Part shown: one piece after another, positions 37,322 to 47,188 of the stretch
How the letters are laid out: each line of letters begins with the position of its first letter
How positions within the stretch are numbered: position 1 is the stretch's first letter
Assembly (NCBI GenBank): GCA_963799485.1
Contig: CAWCXJ010000007.1
Coordinates: forward strand, 384,001 to 448,000
Direction of reading: 5' to 3'
Source of the DNA: an uncultured Trueperaceae bacterium
GTDB lineage: Bacteria; Deinococcota; Deinococci; Deinococcales; Trueperaceae
DNA: 64,000 nt
Translations under genes and position numbers: made by a program
The notes under the pieces: generated by a model
Told to the model about the DNA's origin: nothing
The model's database searches: none
Seen by the model: the letters and a program-made list of their open reading frames with translations, nothing else

Positions 37322-39294
37322 GATTGCCCGCCTAAAGATTTTTTGGGTTTGATGTAAGCGAGACCGGTACCGCGACGTTCGCTCGGGCGTAGCCGCACGT
37401 AATGACCACCGACGCCTTCAAACGCCCACGCGTAGATGCAGAACGCGATAAATGCAACGCTGAGGCTGCCCAAAAGCCAGTTGTGATAGACCGCCGCCAT
37501 CCCGCCGACAAAGAGCCCGACCGAGGCTAAAAACGGAAACCACGACTGACCGGGGATATGCACGAACTCGTCCTCGTCGTCGGCTGCGTTTTGGAAGGCG
37601 GGTTCGTCGTCGGTGCTTTCGGACAAGTCGTCGCGTTTTTCGATGAGTTCGGGATGTTTGGCGTGCCACACCGGGTCGCGGTCTCGGACGATAGGCAGGT
37701 CGCCGAAATCGTAGTGCGGTGGGGGCGATGAGATGCTCCACTCGAGCGTCCGTCCATCCCAGGGGTCGTCACCCGCTTCTTTGCCGCTCCTTATATCGCG
37801 CAAGAGGCTGAAGATAAAGAGCAGTACCCCGGCACCCAAAACCAGCACGCCGACAGACGACATCAGGTTATAAAAATCCCACCCCAAACCTACGTCGTAG
37901 GTCTGCACGCGGCGCGGCATCCCTAACAGCCCCAAGAGATGTTGCGGAAAAAAGATCAGGTGAAAGCCGCCCACGACGAGCCCGAATACCCATTTGCCGA
38001 GCCGTTCGCTGAGCATCCGGCCCGTCATTTTGGGGAACCAGTAGTAGATCCCGGCAAAAAAAGACAGGAGCGCGCCGCCGCCCATCACATAGTGAAAGTG
38101 TGCGACGACGAAGTACGAATCCTGCGCCTGCGCGTCGAACGGCGGCACAGCGAGCATGATGCCGGTAATCCCGCCGAGCGTAAAGGTCACTAAGAAGGCG
38201 GTGGCAAAGAGCATCGAAGTGGTAAACCAGATGCGCCCGGCCCACATCGTCGCCAGCCAGTTGAAAATCTTGACGCCGGTGGGAATGGCGATAACAAAGC
38301 TGGCAATTGCAAACACCGAGTTCGCCATCGGCCCCATCCCGGTTGTAAACATGTGGTGGCTCCACACCGCAAAACCCATAAAACCGATGAAGATACCCGC
38401 CAACACGACCATCGGGTAACCGAACAAGGGTTTACGCGAAAAGGTCGGGATGACCTCGCTGATAATACCGAAAGCGGGCAAGATAACGATATAGACCTCC
38501 GGATGACCGAAAATCCAGAAGAGGTGCTGCCACAAAATCGGCAAGCCGCCGCCTTCGGGGTTAAAAAAGAGCGTCCCGAACGACCTGTCCATAACGACCT
38601 CGAAGAGCGCAATCGTCAGCGGCGGAAAGGCGAAGATGACCAAGAACGCGGTGACGAGCATCATCCACGGAAACAGCGGCATCCGCATCATGCTCATGCC
38701 GGGTGCGCGCATGTTGATAATCGTAATAATCAGGTTCATCGCCGTAACCAGCGTGCCGATACCGCTGATCAGCAGGCCGACCATATAGAAGTCGATACCT
38801 TGACCGGGGTTGTACGTGGTTTGCGTCATCGGCGCGTAGGCGAACCAACCGGCGTCGGGCGCGCCGCCTAAGAGAAAGCTCGAGTAAAAGAGCAAACCGC
38901 CCGCCAGATACGCCCAGTAACCGAACGCGTTAAGTCTTGGGAAAGCCAGGTCTCTGGCACCGATCTGCAGCGGTACAAAATAGTTGGCAAACGCCGTACC
39001 GAGCGGCATAACCGCAAAAAACACCATCGTCACGCCGTGGACGGTAAAGAGCTGATTGTAAAAGTCGGGGGAGACGAGTTGCTGGTTCGGCGCGGCGAGT
39101 TGCGCGCGGATCACCGCCGCTTCGATGCTGCCGAGCAAGAAGAAACCGAAAGTTGTCACAAAGTAGAGAATCCCTAAACGTTTGTGGTCGACGGTGGTGA
39201 GCCAGCTCCAGATACCGGTTTCCCACGTCGGGCGTTTGAGCAGCGCACCGGTTTCAGGAGAACCGTGCGGAACAGGTTGTCTGCCGATGGACAT
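37318..39294 (-). CDS. ctaD: Cytochrome c oxidase subunit I (heme-copper, type A1)
   Basis: TVDHK, HG, AFPRLN, WIFGHPEVY, WSHH, AHFHY, GMPRR. Confidence 0.97.
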   Translation of the reverse strand: MSIGRQPVPHGSPETGALLKRPTWETGIWSWLTTVDHKRLGILYFVTTFGFFLLGSIEAAVIRAQLAAPNQQLVSPDFYNQLFTVHGVTMVFFAVMPLGTAFANYFVPLQIGARDLAFPRLNAFGYWAYLAGGLLFYSSFLLGGAPDAGWFAYAPMTQTTYNPGQGIDFYMVGLLISGIGTLVTAMNLIITIINMRAPGMSMMRMPLFPWMMLVTAFLVIFAFPPLTIALFEVVMDRSFGTLFFNPEGGGLPILWQHLFWIFGHPEVYIVILPAFGIISEVIPTFSRKPLFGYPMVVLAGIFIGFMGFAVWSHHMFTTGMGPMANSVFAIASFVIAIPTGVKIFNWLATMWAGRIWFTTSMLFATAFLVTFTLGGITGIMLAVPPFDAQAQDSYFVVAHFHYVMGGGALLSFFAGIYYWFPKMTGRMLSERLGKWVFGLVVGGFHLIFFPQHLLGLLGMPRRVQTYDVGLGWDFYNLMSSVGVLVLGAGVLLFIFSLLRDIRSGKEAGDDPWDGRTLEWSISSPPPHYDFGDLPIVRDRDPVWHAKHPELIEKRDDLSESTDDEPAFQNAADDEDEFVHIPGQSWFPFLASVGLFVGGMAAVYHNWLLGSLSVAFIAFCIYAWAFEGVGGHYVRLRPSERRGTGLAYIKPKKSLGGQS

Positions 39295-39296
39295 CG

Positions 39297-40400
39297 TTAC
39301 CTCCCGGCCTGAACGCGCGCAGCGAGTTCGGGACTGTTACCTAAACTCTCCAAGTAGGCGACCAGCGCGGCGATCTCTTCATCACGTTTGGGGTCGTCAG
39401 CGGCCCACAGCGTCGGCATATAGTTGCCGGGTTTGAGTTCTTGCGGGTTGCGGAGCCAGTTTGTCAGGTTCTCTCGCGTGTTGTCGGCAACCCCTGCTGC
39501 GAGCGAGGTGCGAATCCCGAAATTCGTCAGGTTGGGGGCCTTTTCGCCGTAAGCGTAGCCTTGAACCGCGTGACACGTCGCGCAGCCTTTGGTTTTGAAC
39601 AAGGCTTGACCGGCAGCAATCTGCGGGTCGGGGGTTTGCGCTTGATCCTGTTGTGTTTGAACCATCTGCGCCTCGTCGGGCTTAAAGAGCGCCGTCCAGG
39701 TCTCGAACTCGGCGGCGTCGCTGGCGATGACCCGGAAGCGCATGTACGCGTGCGCGCCCAAACACAGCTCGGCGCATTGGCCCCGGTAGAGACCGGCTTC
39801 GTCGGCCTCGAGCCAGAGCTGATTGGCCTGGTTGGGAATCAAGTCGCGTTTCCCGGCAATTCTCGGTACCCAAAACGAGTGCAGCACGTCACCGGAGTTG
39901 AGGTTGAGGACCACCCGCCGCCCGGTCGGGATGTGCAGTTCGTTGGCAGTGGTGATCCCGAGTTCGGGGTATTCGAACTCCCACCACCACTGATACCCCG
40001 TGACGTTGACAACGAGGTCGTCTTGGGTGGGTGTTACGCGGCTTTCGGTACGAAAGATGAGGCCGACGGTCGGGACGCCGATGATGACCAGAATCACCGC
40101 CGGCGCAGCCGTCCAGGTGGCTTCCAACCACGCGACCCCGTGAATCTGGTCGGGAACCGAACCGTCGTCGTCGCCGCGCCTGCGGTACCTGATAATGGTG
40201 TAGATGAGCACACCCGTGACAACGGCAAAGACTCCGGTCGCTATCCAAAAAATAAAGATAAACAGGCTTTCTTGACTCCGCGCCACCGGCCCGACCGTAT
40301 CGAAAATCGATTGGGGGCCGCTGAGCGCGCAGCCGCTGAGCAGTCCAGAGAGACCCGTTAAAAGAAATGCCAGCCGGGGTGGTCGTTTTCGCTTACCCAC
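39297..40400 (-). CDS. ctaC: Cytochrome c oxidase subunit II with fused cytochrome c (caa3 type), lipoprotein
   Basis: LLSGC lipobox; YQWWW, DVLHSF, CAELC-x3-H-x2-M CuA site; C-terminal CATCH. GTG after AGGAGG. Confidence 0.95.
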   Translation of the reverse strand: MGKRKRPPRLAFLLTGLSGLLSGCALSGPQSIFDTVGPVARSQESLFIFIFWIATGVFAVVTGVLIYTIIRYRRRGDDDGSVPDQIHGVAWLEATWTAAPAVILVIIGVPTVGLIFRTESRVTPTQDDLVVNVTGYQWWWEFEYPELGITTANELHIPTGRRVVLNLNSGDVLHSFWVPRIAGKRDLIPNQANQLWLEADEAGLYRGQCAELCLGAHAYMRFRVIASDAAEFETWTALFKPDEAQMVQTQQDQAQTPDPQIAAGQALFKTKGCATCHAVQGYAYGEKAPNLTNFGIRTSLAAGVADNTRENLTNWLRNPQELKPGNYMPTLWAADDPKRDEEIAALVAYLESLGNSPELAARVQAGR

Positions 40401-40531
40401 GTATACCCTCCTGCACACGAAAATTAAATACAATCTGTCCTTCAATCTAGCACTTTCAGAGAAGGCTTGACTAGAGCAGCTTCGTCCTGGCAGGAACCGG
40501 GTTGTGCGTCTGTAACTTTTTTTCTCCGGTG

Positions 40532-42019
40532 CTAAGAATTACCCCGGTAGCTGACCGCCTCGGCGAGGTGCGCTTCGCTCAAGTCTGCGCCGCCGCCGAG
40601 GTCGGCAATCGTCCGGGCGACGCGCAAAAGCCGGTCGAAACCGCGCCCGGACAAGGCCAGCTGTTTGGCAACGGCCTGGGCAAATGCGCCCGCGCCGGGT
40701 GAAAGCGCAGCATGTTCGCGCAGCGCCGTGCCGCCGAGTTCGGCGTTGGGGACGCCTTGTCGCGCTACTGCACACGAGCGCGCGGCCTCGACCCGCGCCT
40801 GAACGACGCCGCTGGCTTCACCGGGGGGCGCGTGCAACAGCTCGTTGGGGTTTAGGCGCGGCACATTTAGGCGCAGGTCGATACGGTCTAGGAGCGGCCC
40901 GCTGAGGCGCTCGCGGTAGCGCTGGCGAAGTACCGGCGAACAGGTACAGGGTTTCTGGGCGTCGCCGTAAAACCCGCACGGACACGGATTTTGCGACGCG
41001 ACGAGCATAAACCGGGCGGGGAAGGTCAGCGCGGCCCTGGCCCGGCTGATCGTGACCACACCGTCCTCCAAGGGTTGCCGTAAAACCTCTAACACACGCC
41101 TCGAGAACTCCGGAAACTCGTCCATAAAGAGCACGCCCCGGTGCGCCAAAGACACCTCGCCCGGCCGCGGGATGTTGCCGCCGCCGATGAGACCGGCGTC
41201 CGAAACGGTGTGGTGCGGGCTGCGAAAAGGCGGGTACTGCATCAGGCCGCCTTGCAGGGTTCCGGCGCTCGAGTGAATCCGCGTCACTTCGGTCGCTTCG
41301 CCCCGCGTCAGGCGCGGCATGATGCCCGGCAAGCGCCGCGCCAGCATCGTTTTGCCCGAACCGGGCGGGCCGGAAAGGAGCAGGTTGTGTGCGCCCGCTG
41401 CGGCGATTTCCAGCGCACGTTTGGCGGCGCTCTGAGCTTTGATGTCGGCTAAATCCAGGGCGTCAACGGCAACCGGAACGGCTTCAGGAACGGTCGGCGT
41501 CAACGTTCCACGGCCCTGTAAAAAGGCGACGGCTTGCGTGAGTGTGGTGGGGGCGTAGACCTCGAGCCCTTCAATCGCAGCGGCTTCCTGCGCGTTTTCG
41601 GGTGCAACCAATACTCTTTTGATTCCGGCCTGAGCTGCGTAAAGTGCCACGTTGATGACCCCGCGCACCGGCCTGAGCGCCCCGTCTAGCGCAAGTTCAC
41701 CGACGATGAGGGTGCGCTCCAGGGCTCGTTCTTGAATTACACCCTGCGCCAACAAAATTGCCAGCGCGATAGGCAGATCGAACGCCGGGCCTTCTTTGCG
41801 AACATCCGCCGGGGCCAGGTTGACGACGATACGTGTTGCGGGAAAGGGCAACCCGGCGTTGCGGATGGCTGAACGTACCCGCTCACGCGATTCCTGTACG
41901 GCGGTGTCGGGTAAGCCGACGATCATCATCCCCGGCAGGCCACCTGCAACATCGACTTCGATTTCTACCTTGTAGGCGTCTACACCCAAGAGGGCGGCGG
42001 CGGTCAGTTTGGCGAACAC
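40532..42019 (-). CDS. comM: YifB/ComM family Mg-chelatase-like AAA+ ATPase
   Basis: [53 protein letters not shown]. Confidence 0.92.
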   Translation of the reverse strand: MFAKLTAAALLGVDAYKVEIEVDVAGGLPGMMIVGLPDTAVQESRERVRSAIRNAGLPFPATRIVVNLAPADVRKEGPAFDLPIALAILLAQGVIQERALERTLIVGELALDGALRPVRGVINVALYAAQAGIKRVLVAPENAQEAAAIEGLEVYAPTTLTQAVAFLQGRGTLTPTVPEAVPVAVDALDLADIKAQSAAKRALEIAAAGAHNLLLSGPPGSGKTMLARRLPGIMPRLTRGEATEVTRIHSSAGTLQGGLMQYPPFRSPHHTVSDAGLIGGGNIPRPGEVSLAHRGVLFMDEFPEFSRRVLEVLRQPLEDGVVTISRARAALTFPARFMLVASQNPCPCGFYGDAQKPCTCSPVLRQRYRERLSGPLLDRIDLRLNVPRLNPNELLHAPPGEASGVVQARVEAARSCAVARQGVPNAELGGTALREHAALSPGAGAFAQAVAKQLALSGRGFDRLLRVARTIADLGGGADLSEAHLAEAVSYRGNS

Positions 42020-42088
42020 CCCGTTAGTCTATGAAAGCCTGACGGGGAACGGGATGAAAAACCCTGCAGTGTTCTGGGCCGCCTTTAA

Positions 42089-42928
42089 TCAGGTCGGGTA
42101 GGCGTAAAAGCCGTAAGTGCCGGGGCCGACGTGCGTGGCGATCACCGCGCCGATCTCGTAGGTACCGCCGTCGTGAAAACTCAACCCGCTTTTACGTAAC
42201 TCCCGGCGCAGGGTTTCAGCAGCTTCCGGGTCTTGGATATGTAAAAAATGAACTTGCGGCGTACTCTGCGTCGCCAGTTCTTTAAGGTCGCTCAGCATCG
42301 CTTGCAACGCCTTTTTATTGCCGCGTACCCGCCCGACGGGTTCGACGCGCCCCTTGACCACCGACAAGATGGGTTTGATATTGAGCAGGCTGCCGAGCAG
42401 CGCACTCGCGCCGCCAATGCGACCGTTTTTCTTGAGATAATCGAGGTTGCCGACGGTAAAACGCAGCATCGCCACGTCGCGGATGCGGGTCAGCTCGTCT
42501 AGGATGGCACGCACGTCTGCGCCCTGGTCGCGCATTTCTGCTGCGCGTTTAAGCATCATGGCAATCCCCAAACTTGCGGCTAACGAATCGAAAACGTGAA
42601 CGGGTACGGCGAACCCTTCAGCAGCGACGGTCGCCGACTGAAAGGTACCGGAAAGCCCGCTCGAGATGACCACACACAAAATCTCGGTGGCCCCCTCTTT
42701 TACGGCGGCCTCAAAAGCATCGACGAAATCCTGCGGGCTCGGCTGGCTGGTACTGGGGATCGCAGCGCCCGCAGCGACGCCCTCGACGATGTCTTGGGGG
42801 TTGATCTCGAGCCAGTCCTTAAACACTTCGCCCTTAAAGTTGACGTATAGGGGAACCCGGTGAATCTTAAGCGTTTGCAGTTCGGCCGCGGGCAAGTCGC
42901 AGGTCGAATCGGTGATGATGGCGAGCAT
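42089..42928 (-). CDS. DegV family fatty-acid binding protein
   Basis: IITDSTCDL, TSQPSP, ISSGLSGT, LKKNGRIG, HVGPG. Confidence 0.93.
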   Translation of the reverse strand: MLAIITDSTCDLPAAELQTLKIHRVPLYVNFKGEVFKDWLEINPQDIVEGVAAGAAIPSTSQPSPQDFVDAFEAAVKEGATEILCVVISSGLSGTFQSATVAAEGFAVPVHVFDSLAASLGIAMMLKRAAEMRDQGADVRAILDELTRIRDVAMLRFTVGNLDYLKKNGRIGGASALLGSLLNIKPILSVVKGRVEPVGRVRGNKKALQAMLSDLKELATQSTPQVHFLHIQDPEAAETLRRELRKSGLSFHDGGTYEIGAVIATHVGPGTYGFYAYPT

Positions 42929-43036
42929 AAGCCCTCCTCGCAAATAGATGTGAGGTTACGATACCCCAAAATGCGCCGTAAAACGTGCCGTAAAAGCTTT
43001 GGGCCGTCTCATGCGTCTAGAAGCTACAATGAAGCT

Positions 43037-43309
43037 GTGAGGGCGGGTTATTACGAAGGTGTACTGCTGGCGTTGTTGCACACGGTAGCGGCCTGGCTGA
43101 GCCTCGTCGCTGGACTTGCGTTCGTTGTTCGTCGTACGGGTGTACCGGGGAGCATTTTGGTTGTCGCGCTTTTTATCTCCTTGCCGATTTTAATTCAGGG
43201 GATTTTGGCGCTGGTGTTTGGGAGTTACCGGCGGGTTCCGGCGCTCGGCTGGATTGCAACGGGGATGCTACAAGCTGCGGGGATTGTCTTTCTGCTCTTT
43301 TTGTTTTGA
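43037..43309 (+). CDS. Small membrane protein (3 TM), unknown function
   Basis: Hydrophobic 90-aa ORF; TACAAT 6 nt before GTG 43037. Confidence 0.6.
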   Translation: MRAGYYEGVLLALLHTVAAWLSLVAGLAFVVRRTGVPGSILVVALFISLPILIQGILALVFGSYRRVPALGWIATGMLQAAGIVFLLFLF

Positions 43310-43314
43310 TAAGG

Positions 43315-43701
43315 TCAGGGCCCCGGTCTCTCCGGCAGCCTTTTACGGCAGTTGACGCAGTAGTCTTGTGCGGGCACCTTTAAGCCGCAGTACGGGCAGA
43401 CAAACGAGTTGCGAATTACCGCTCGCACGCCCGCCGCTTTAAGCTCGGCGGCAATCAGCACCGCATCTTCTTCGCTTACGTCCGTGACGCTCAGCTCGAG
43501 GTCGCCCTCGAAGGCCGAGACCATGTAAGCGCCGCGCACGTAGGGCTGGGCGCTGCCGCTCTGATTGGCGGCGCTGACCGCTGTACTTACGTCGCGAAAG
43601 TATTTCCACAAGGGATGGTCGTCCACAGATGATGGTACCTCGAGCTGCCTATCGACGCCGTAAACAGAACGCCGCCTGCTGGTCTCACTATCAGAGGGCA
43701 A
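43315..43701 (-). CDS. Hypothetical protein with C-terminal zinc ribbon
   Basis: CPYC-x9-CVNC; follows fba on the same strand. Confidence 0.6.
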   Translation of the reverse strand: MPSDSETSRRRSVYGVDRQLEVPSSVDDHPLWKYFRDVSTAVSAANQSGSAQPYVRGAYMVSAFEGDLELSVTDVSEEDAVLIAAELKAAGVRAVIRNSFVCPYCGLKVPAQDYCVNCRKRLPERPGP

Positions 43702-43749
43702 CCCCTTCGCACTTTAGGGGCAAAGGGTTGCCTTTGTACGCAGTAGGTT

Positions 43750-44670
43750 TCAAGCCTTACCCGCCGTTTCCATCAGTTCAAACTTTTCCGCGACGACCTG
43801 CGCCATATACTCACGGCCCTTGCCTAAAATCTTGCGCGGGTCGAACTCCTTGGGCGTATTGAAGAGTATCTCGCGCAAGCCTGCGGTCAGCGCCAAGCGG
43901 AGGTCGGTATCGACGTTGACCTTGGCGACGGCGGTCGAGAGTACCCGCCGGACGTCGTCGTCGTGAATCCCGGCAGGGTCGCCGATGTCCGCACCTGTAG
44001 CCCGGAGTTTTTCGATAAGGTAGTGCGGCACACCCGACGACCCGTGCATCACGAGCGGAATACCGAGTTTAGAGAGCAGTTCGATGCGGTCATGGTCGAT
44101 ATACGGGCGGCCTTTGCCTTTGTACGCGCCGTGCGAGGTGCCGATGGCGACGGCGAGATAATCGACGCCGGTTTCCTCGACAAAGCGTTCAGCCTCGTCC
44201 GGGTCGGTTAAAAACGCGTCCTTGGCAGACACGTCGATGTCGTCTTCGATACCGCCCAAACGCCCCAACTCGGCTTCGGTGGAGACGCCGACGGCGTGCG
44301 CCGCTTCGATGCACCGTTTGCTCTCGGCGATGTTCTCTTCTAACGGGTGATGCGAGGCGTCGATCATCACGCTGGTAAAGCCTGTGCGGAGCGCCTGCAA
44401 AACCTTTTCGTAGCTCGAGCCGTGGTCTAGGTGCAGCGCGACGGGAACCGACACCCGGCTCGCCATATCGCGTACCAAGTTCGGCAGGGTTTCCGTACCG
44501 CCGTACTTGCGGGCCGAGTCGGAAATCTGGACGAAAACCGGGGCGCGCAACCTTTCGGCGGTCTCCAAGATAGCCTGGGTGGTCTCCAAGTTGTTCGTGT
44601 TAAAGCTCGGGACGGTGTAACCACCGGCTTTAGCCGCGTCTAAAATCTCTTTACCGATAACCAGGGGCAT
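43750..44670 (-). CDS. fba: Class II fructose-1,6-bisphosphate aldolase
   Basis: LHLDHG, SVMIDAS, EAELG, IGTSHGAYK, MHGSSG, KVNVDTD. Confidence 0.96.
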   Translation of the reverse strand: MPLVIGKEILDAAKAGGYTVPSFNTNNLETTQAILETAERLRAPVFVQISDSARKYGGTETLPNLVRDMASRVSVPVALHLDHGSSYEKVLQALRTGFTSVMIDASHHPLEENIAESKRCIEAAHAVGVSTEAELGRLGGIEDDIDVSAKDAFLTDPDEAERFVEETGVDYLAVAIGTSHGAYKGKGRPYIDHDRIELLSKLGIPLVMHGSSGVPHYLIEKLRATGADIGDPAGIHDDDVRRVLSTAVAKVNVDTDLRLALTAGLREILFNTPKEFDPRKILGKGREYMAQVVAEKFELMETAGKA

Positions 44671-44705
44671 ACGTCTCCTTAAATTTCTGGGTCAAAGCTC
44701 GGCAC

Positions 44706-45392
44706 TTATTCGCCGCGCAGGGCGGCGAGGTTGTCTTTTACGGGACGCCCGTTGTAAACCGCGCTCCCGACGACCACGATGTCCGCACCTGCCGCGCCGA
44801 CCATGGCAATGTTATCAGCTTTGACGCCGCCGTCGACCGCGAGCAAACAGTCCGGGTTTACCGCGTCGCGCATTTTTTTAAGTTTTTCAAGCCGTTTAGT
44901 GGTACCGGGAATATACGCCTGACCGCCGAAACCGGGATTGACGCTCAAGACGAGTACCAGCTCGAGGTCGGCTAAAAGGGGCTCTAAAACAACCAGCGGC
45001 GTACCGGGGTTGAGGGCCAGCCCTGCCTTTCTGCCCAGCTCCTTGACCTTTTGAACCGCGCGGTGGGGGTGTTTCGTCGCTTCGTAGTGGACGATGATGG
45101 TGTCCGCCCCGGCGTCGGCAAACATCGCCGTGTAGCGCTCGGGTTCCTCGACCATCAGGTGAACGTGCAGCGGCAGTTTCGTGGCTTGCCGCACCGCCGC
45201 AACCACGCCCGGCCCGAAGCTGATGTTCGGGACGAAATTGCCGTCCATCACATCGAGGTGAAAGAGCTCTACGCCTGCCGCTTCAGCCTCCCGAACCTGC
45301 GCCGCCAGATGCCCGAAGTCGGCAGTCAGAATCGACGGGGCAATCTTGGGCAGCGTTTTGGTTGCAGGCATACCCTGCTCGGTGTGAGTCAT
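44706..45392 (-). CDS. rpe: Ribulose-phosphate 3-epimerase
   Basis: IAPSIL, HLDVMDGNFVPN, HLM, SVNPGFGGQ, VDGG. Confidence 0.97.
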   Translation of the reverse strand: MTHTEQGMPATKTLPKIAPSILTADFGHLAAQVREAEAAGVELFHLDVMDGNFVPNISFGPGVVAAVRQATKLPLHVHLMVEEPERYTAMFADAGADTIIVHYEATKHPHRAVQKVKELGRKAGLALNPGTPLVVLEPLLADLELVLVLSVNPGFGGQAYIPGTTKRLEKLKKMRDAVNPDCLLAVDGGVKADNIAMVGAAGADIVVVGSAVYNGRPVKDNLAALRGE

Positions 45393-45484
45393 ACCCTATC
45401 TTAACTGCTCGTTTCGCACGGGTTTTGGGGCTTCTGCCGTTCTCGTAACAGGTGCAGGCTGGCGTGGGCTCTAGACTGACTTAT

Positions 45485-46426
45485 ATGAGTGCTATAGATT
45501 CCGTACAACCCAAGATGTTGGACGCGTTTGTCGGCAATACGCCGGTCGTCAAGTTGCACAAGGTCGTCACACCCGAGATGGCGGAAGTGTGGGTGAAGCT
45601 CGAGGGTCAAAACCCGGCGGGTTCCATCAAAGATCGCACGGCTTTGGGGATGATTCTAGACGCCGAAGAGCGCGGCATCCTGACCCCCGGCAGCGGTCAG
45701 ACCATCGTCGAACCCACCAGCGGCAACACCGGCATCGGCCTGTCTTTTATCGCCGCGATGCGCGGCTACCGCTGCGTCATCGTCTTGCCCGACACCATGA
45801 GCGAGGAGCGTAAACGGACGCTCTCTGCTTACGGCGCAGAACTCGTCTTTACGCCCGGCGAACAGCGGATGCAGGGCGCGATTCCTAAAGCGCAGGAGAT
45901 TGCCGAAGCAACCGGCGCATGGATGCCGAACCAATTTGAAAATCCGGCCAATCCGCGTTATCACCACCGCATTACGGGGCCGGAGTTTTGGGGGCAACTG
46001 CAAGGCCGGATCGACGCGTTCGTATGGGCGTCGGGGACGGGCGGCAGCATCAGCGGGGTGGGGCGCTACTTCAAGGAGCAGAACCCGAAGATACAGGTTT
46101 ACGCCGTCGAACCGGCCCGGAGCGCGGTCATAAATGGTCATGAGCGCGGGCAGCACAAGTTTCAGGGGATGGGGCCGGGGTTTATTCCGGGCAACCTCGA
46201 CGTTGACCTGCTCGACGGCGCGATGATGGCGTGGGAAGAGGACGCCTTTCCGCTGGTGCGGCGCTTAGCGCGTGAAGAGGGGATGTTCGTCGGGATGAGC
46301 AGTGGCGCGACAGTTTGGGCGGCGTTAGAAAAGGCCCGTGAACTCGGCCCCGGTAAGGTTGTGGTGTGTATGGCAGCGGATACGGGAGCGCGGTATATGA
46401 GTACGGAGCTGTTTAGCGCTCTGTAG
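45485..46426 (+). CDS. cysK: Cysteine synthase A
   Basis: NPAGSIKDR, EPTSGNTG, GTGGS, G(M)SSGA. TAGACT 7 nt before ATG 45485. Confidence 0.93.
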   Translation: MSAIDSVQPKMLDAFVGNTPVVKLHKVVTPEMAEVWVKLEGQNPAGSIKDRTALGMILDAEERGILTPGSGQTIVEPTSGNTGIGLSFIAAMRGYRCVIVLPDTMSEERKRTLSAYGAELVFTPGEQRMQGAIPKAQEIAEATGAWMPNQFENPANPRYHHRITGPEFWGQLQGRIDAFVWASGTGGSISGVGRYFKEQNPKIQVYAVEPARSAVINGHERGQHKFQGMGPGFIPGNLDVDLLDGAMMAWEEDAFPLVRRLAREEGMFVGMSSGATVWAALEKARELGPGKVVVCMAADTGARYMSTELFSAL

Positions 46427-46437
46427 CTACTAAAAAG

Positions 46438-47103
46438 TCAACCATATGACCTCTTCCGCATCACTGCTTTGTGCATTGCATCATTTGAACTGTTTCCATG
46501 TGAGCGTTCATATACATGTTCTTTGCACCATTTGCAAAGGCATACCTGACCTTCGGTGCTTTCTTTATAGCGGAAAACAGGCTTCCTAAGCTTGTTACAG
46601 TTATTGCAGAGCAACTCCTGATTAATCTCAAACCCGCGTTTTGAGAACAAGATAATCCGTATCTCAAAAGTGCGTTCAGAACCCGCCAGTTTTTGAGGTT
46701 GTCGAGAGACTCTCTCTAAACGCCGTTGTTCCATCATCTTCCAGTACGCTGACCCACGAACACCATGACTGCGTTTGAAAGTCTCAGGGGTAGGCTTTTC
46801 AGTAGAGTTACGCTTAACTTTTTGTCCTGATACTGGTTTTAAAGAAGCTGAATCGGATTTCGAGCCATTAAATTCATGAGCATCAGCGTGAGTGAACCAC
46901 CCACTTTGTTCCAGTATTTTCAACAATGAGGAGTTAGCTTTGGCTTCAGCTATCCAGACCACGTTCTTGTCGGTAGCAGATGCGCGGACATAGTGAGGGG
47001 AAAGCGCTAAGAGGCGCGCGTCTTTCACAGCTCCAACGACCACATCCATATTACCTGAGATACGCAAAGTCTGATAGCCCACCACAGCCTCCCAAACTGT
47101 CAT
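46438..47103 (-). CDS. Hypothetical low-GC protein with Cys-rich C-terminus
   Basis: 221-aa ORF filling an AT-rich patch; CNNC...CLCKWC. Confidence 0.55.
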   Translation of the reverse strand: MTVWEAVVGYQTLRISGNMDVVVGAVKDARLLALSPHYVRASATDKNVVWIAEAKANSSLLKILEQSGWFTHADAHEFNGSKSDSASLKPVSGQKVKRNSTEKPTPETFKRSHGVRGSAYWKMMEQRRLERVSRQPQKLAGSERTFEIRIILFSKRGFEINQELLCNNCNKLRKPVFRYKESTEGQVCLCKWCKEHVYERSHGNSSNDAMHKAVMRKRSYG

Positions 47104-47188
47104 AGCTTGAATATTCAGCTTAATGAGCTTACCAAAATTGGTCAGGTGGGTTCAAGGTGACCTCAAATGTTTTTGTCAGCTAAAAAAC

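Noticed and set aside
39441..40361. 306-aa + strand ORF opposite ctaC, and similar ORFs opposite fabG, bshA and the HAD gene
   Set aside because: Antisense shadows caused by codon bias; no RBS or domain signal
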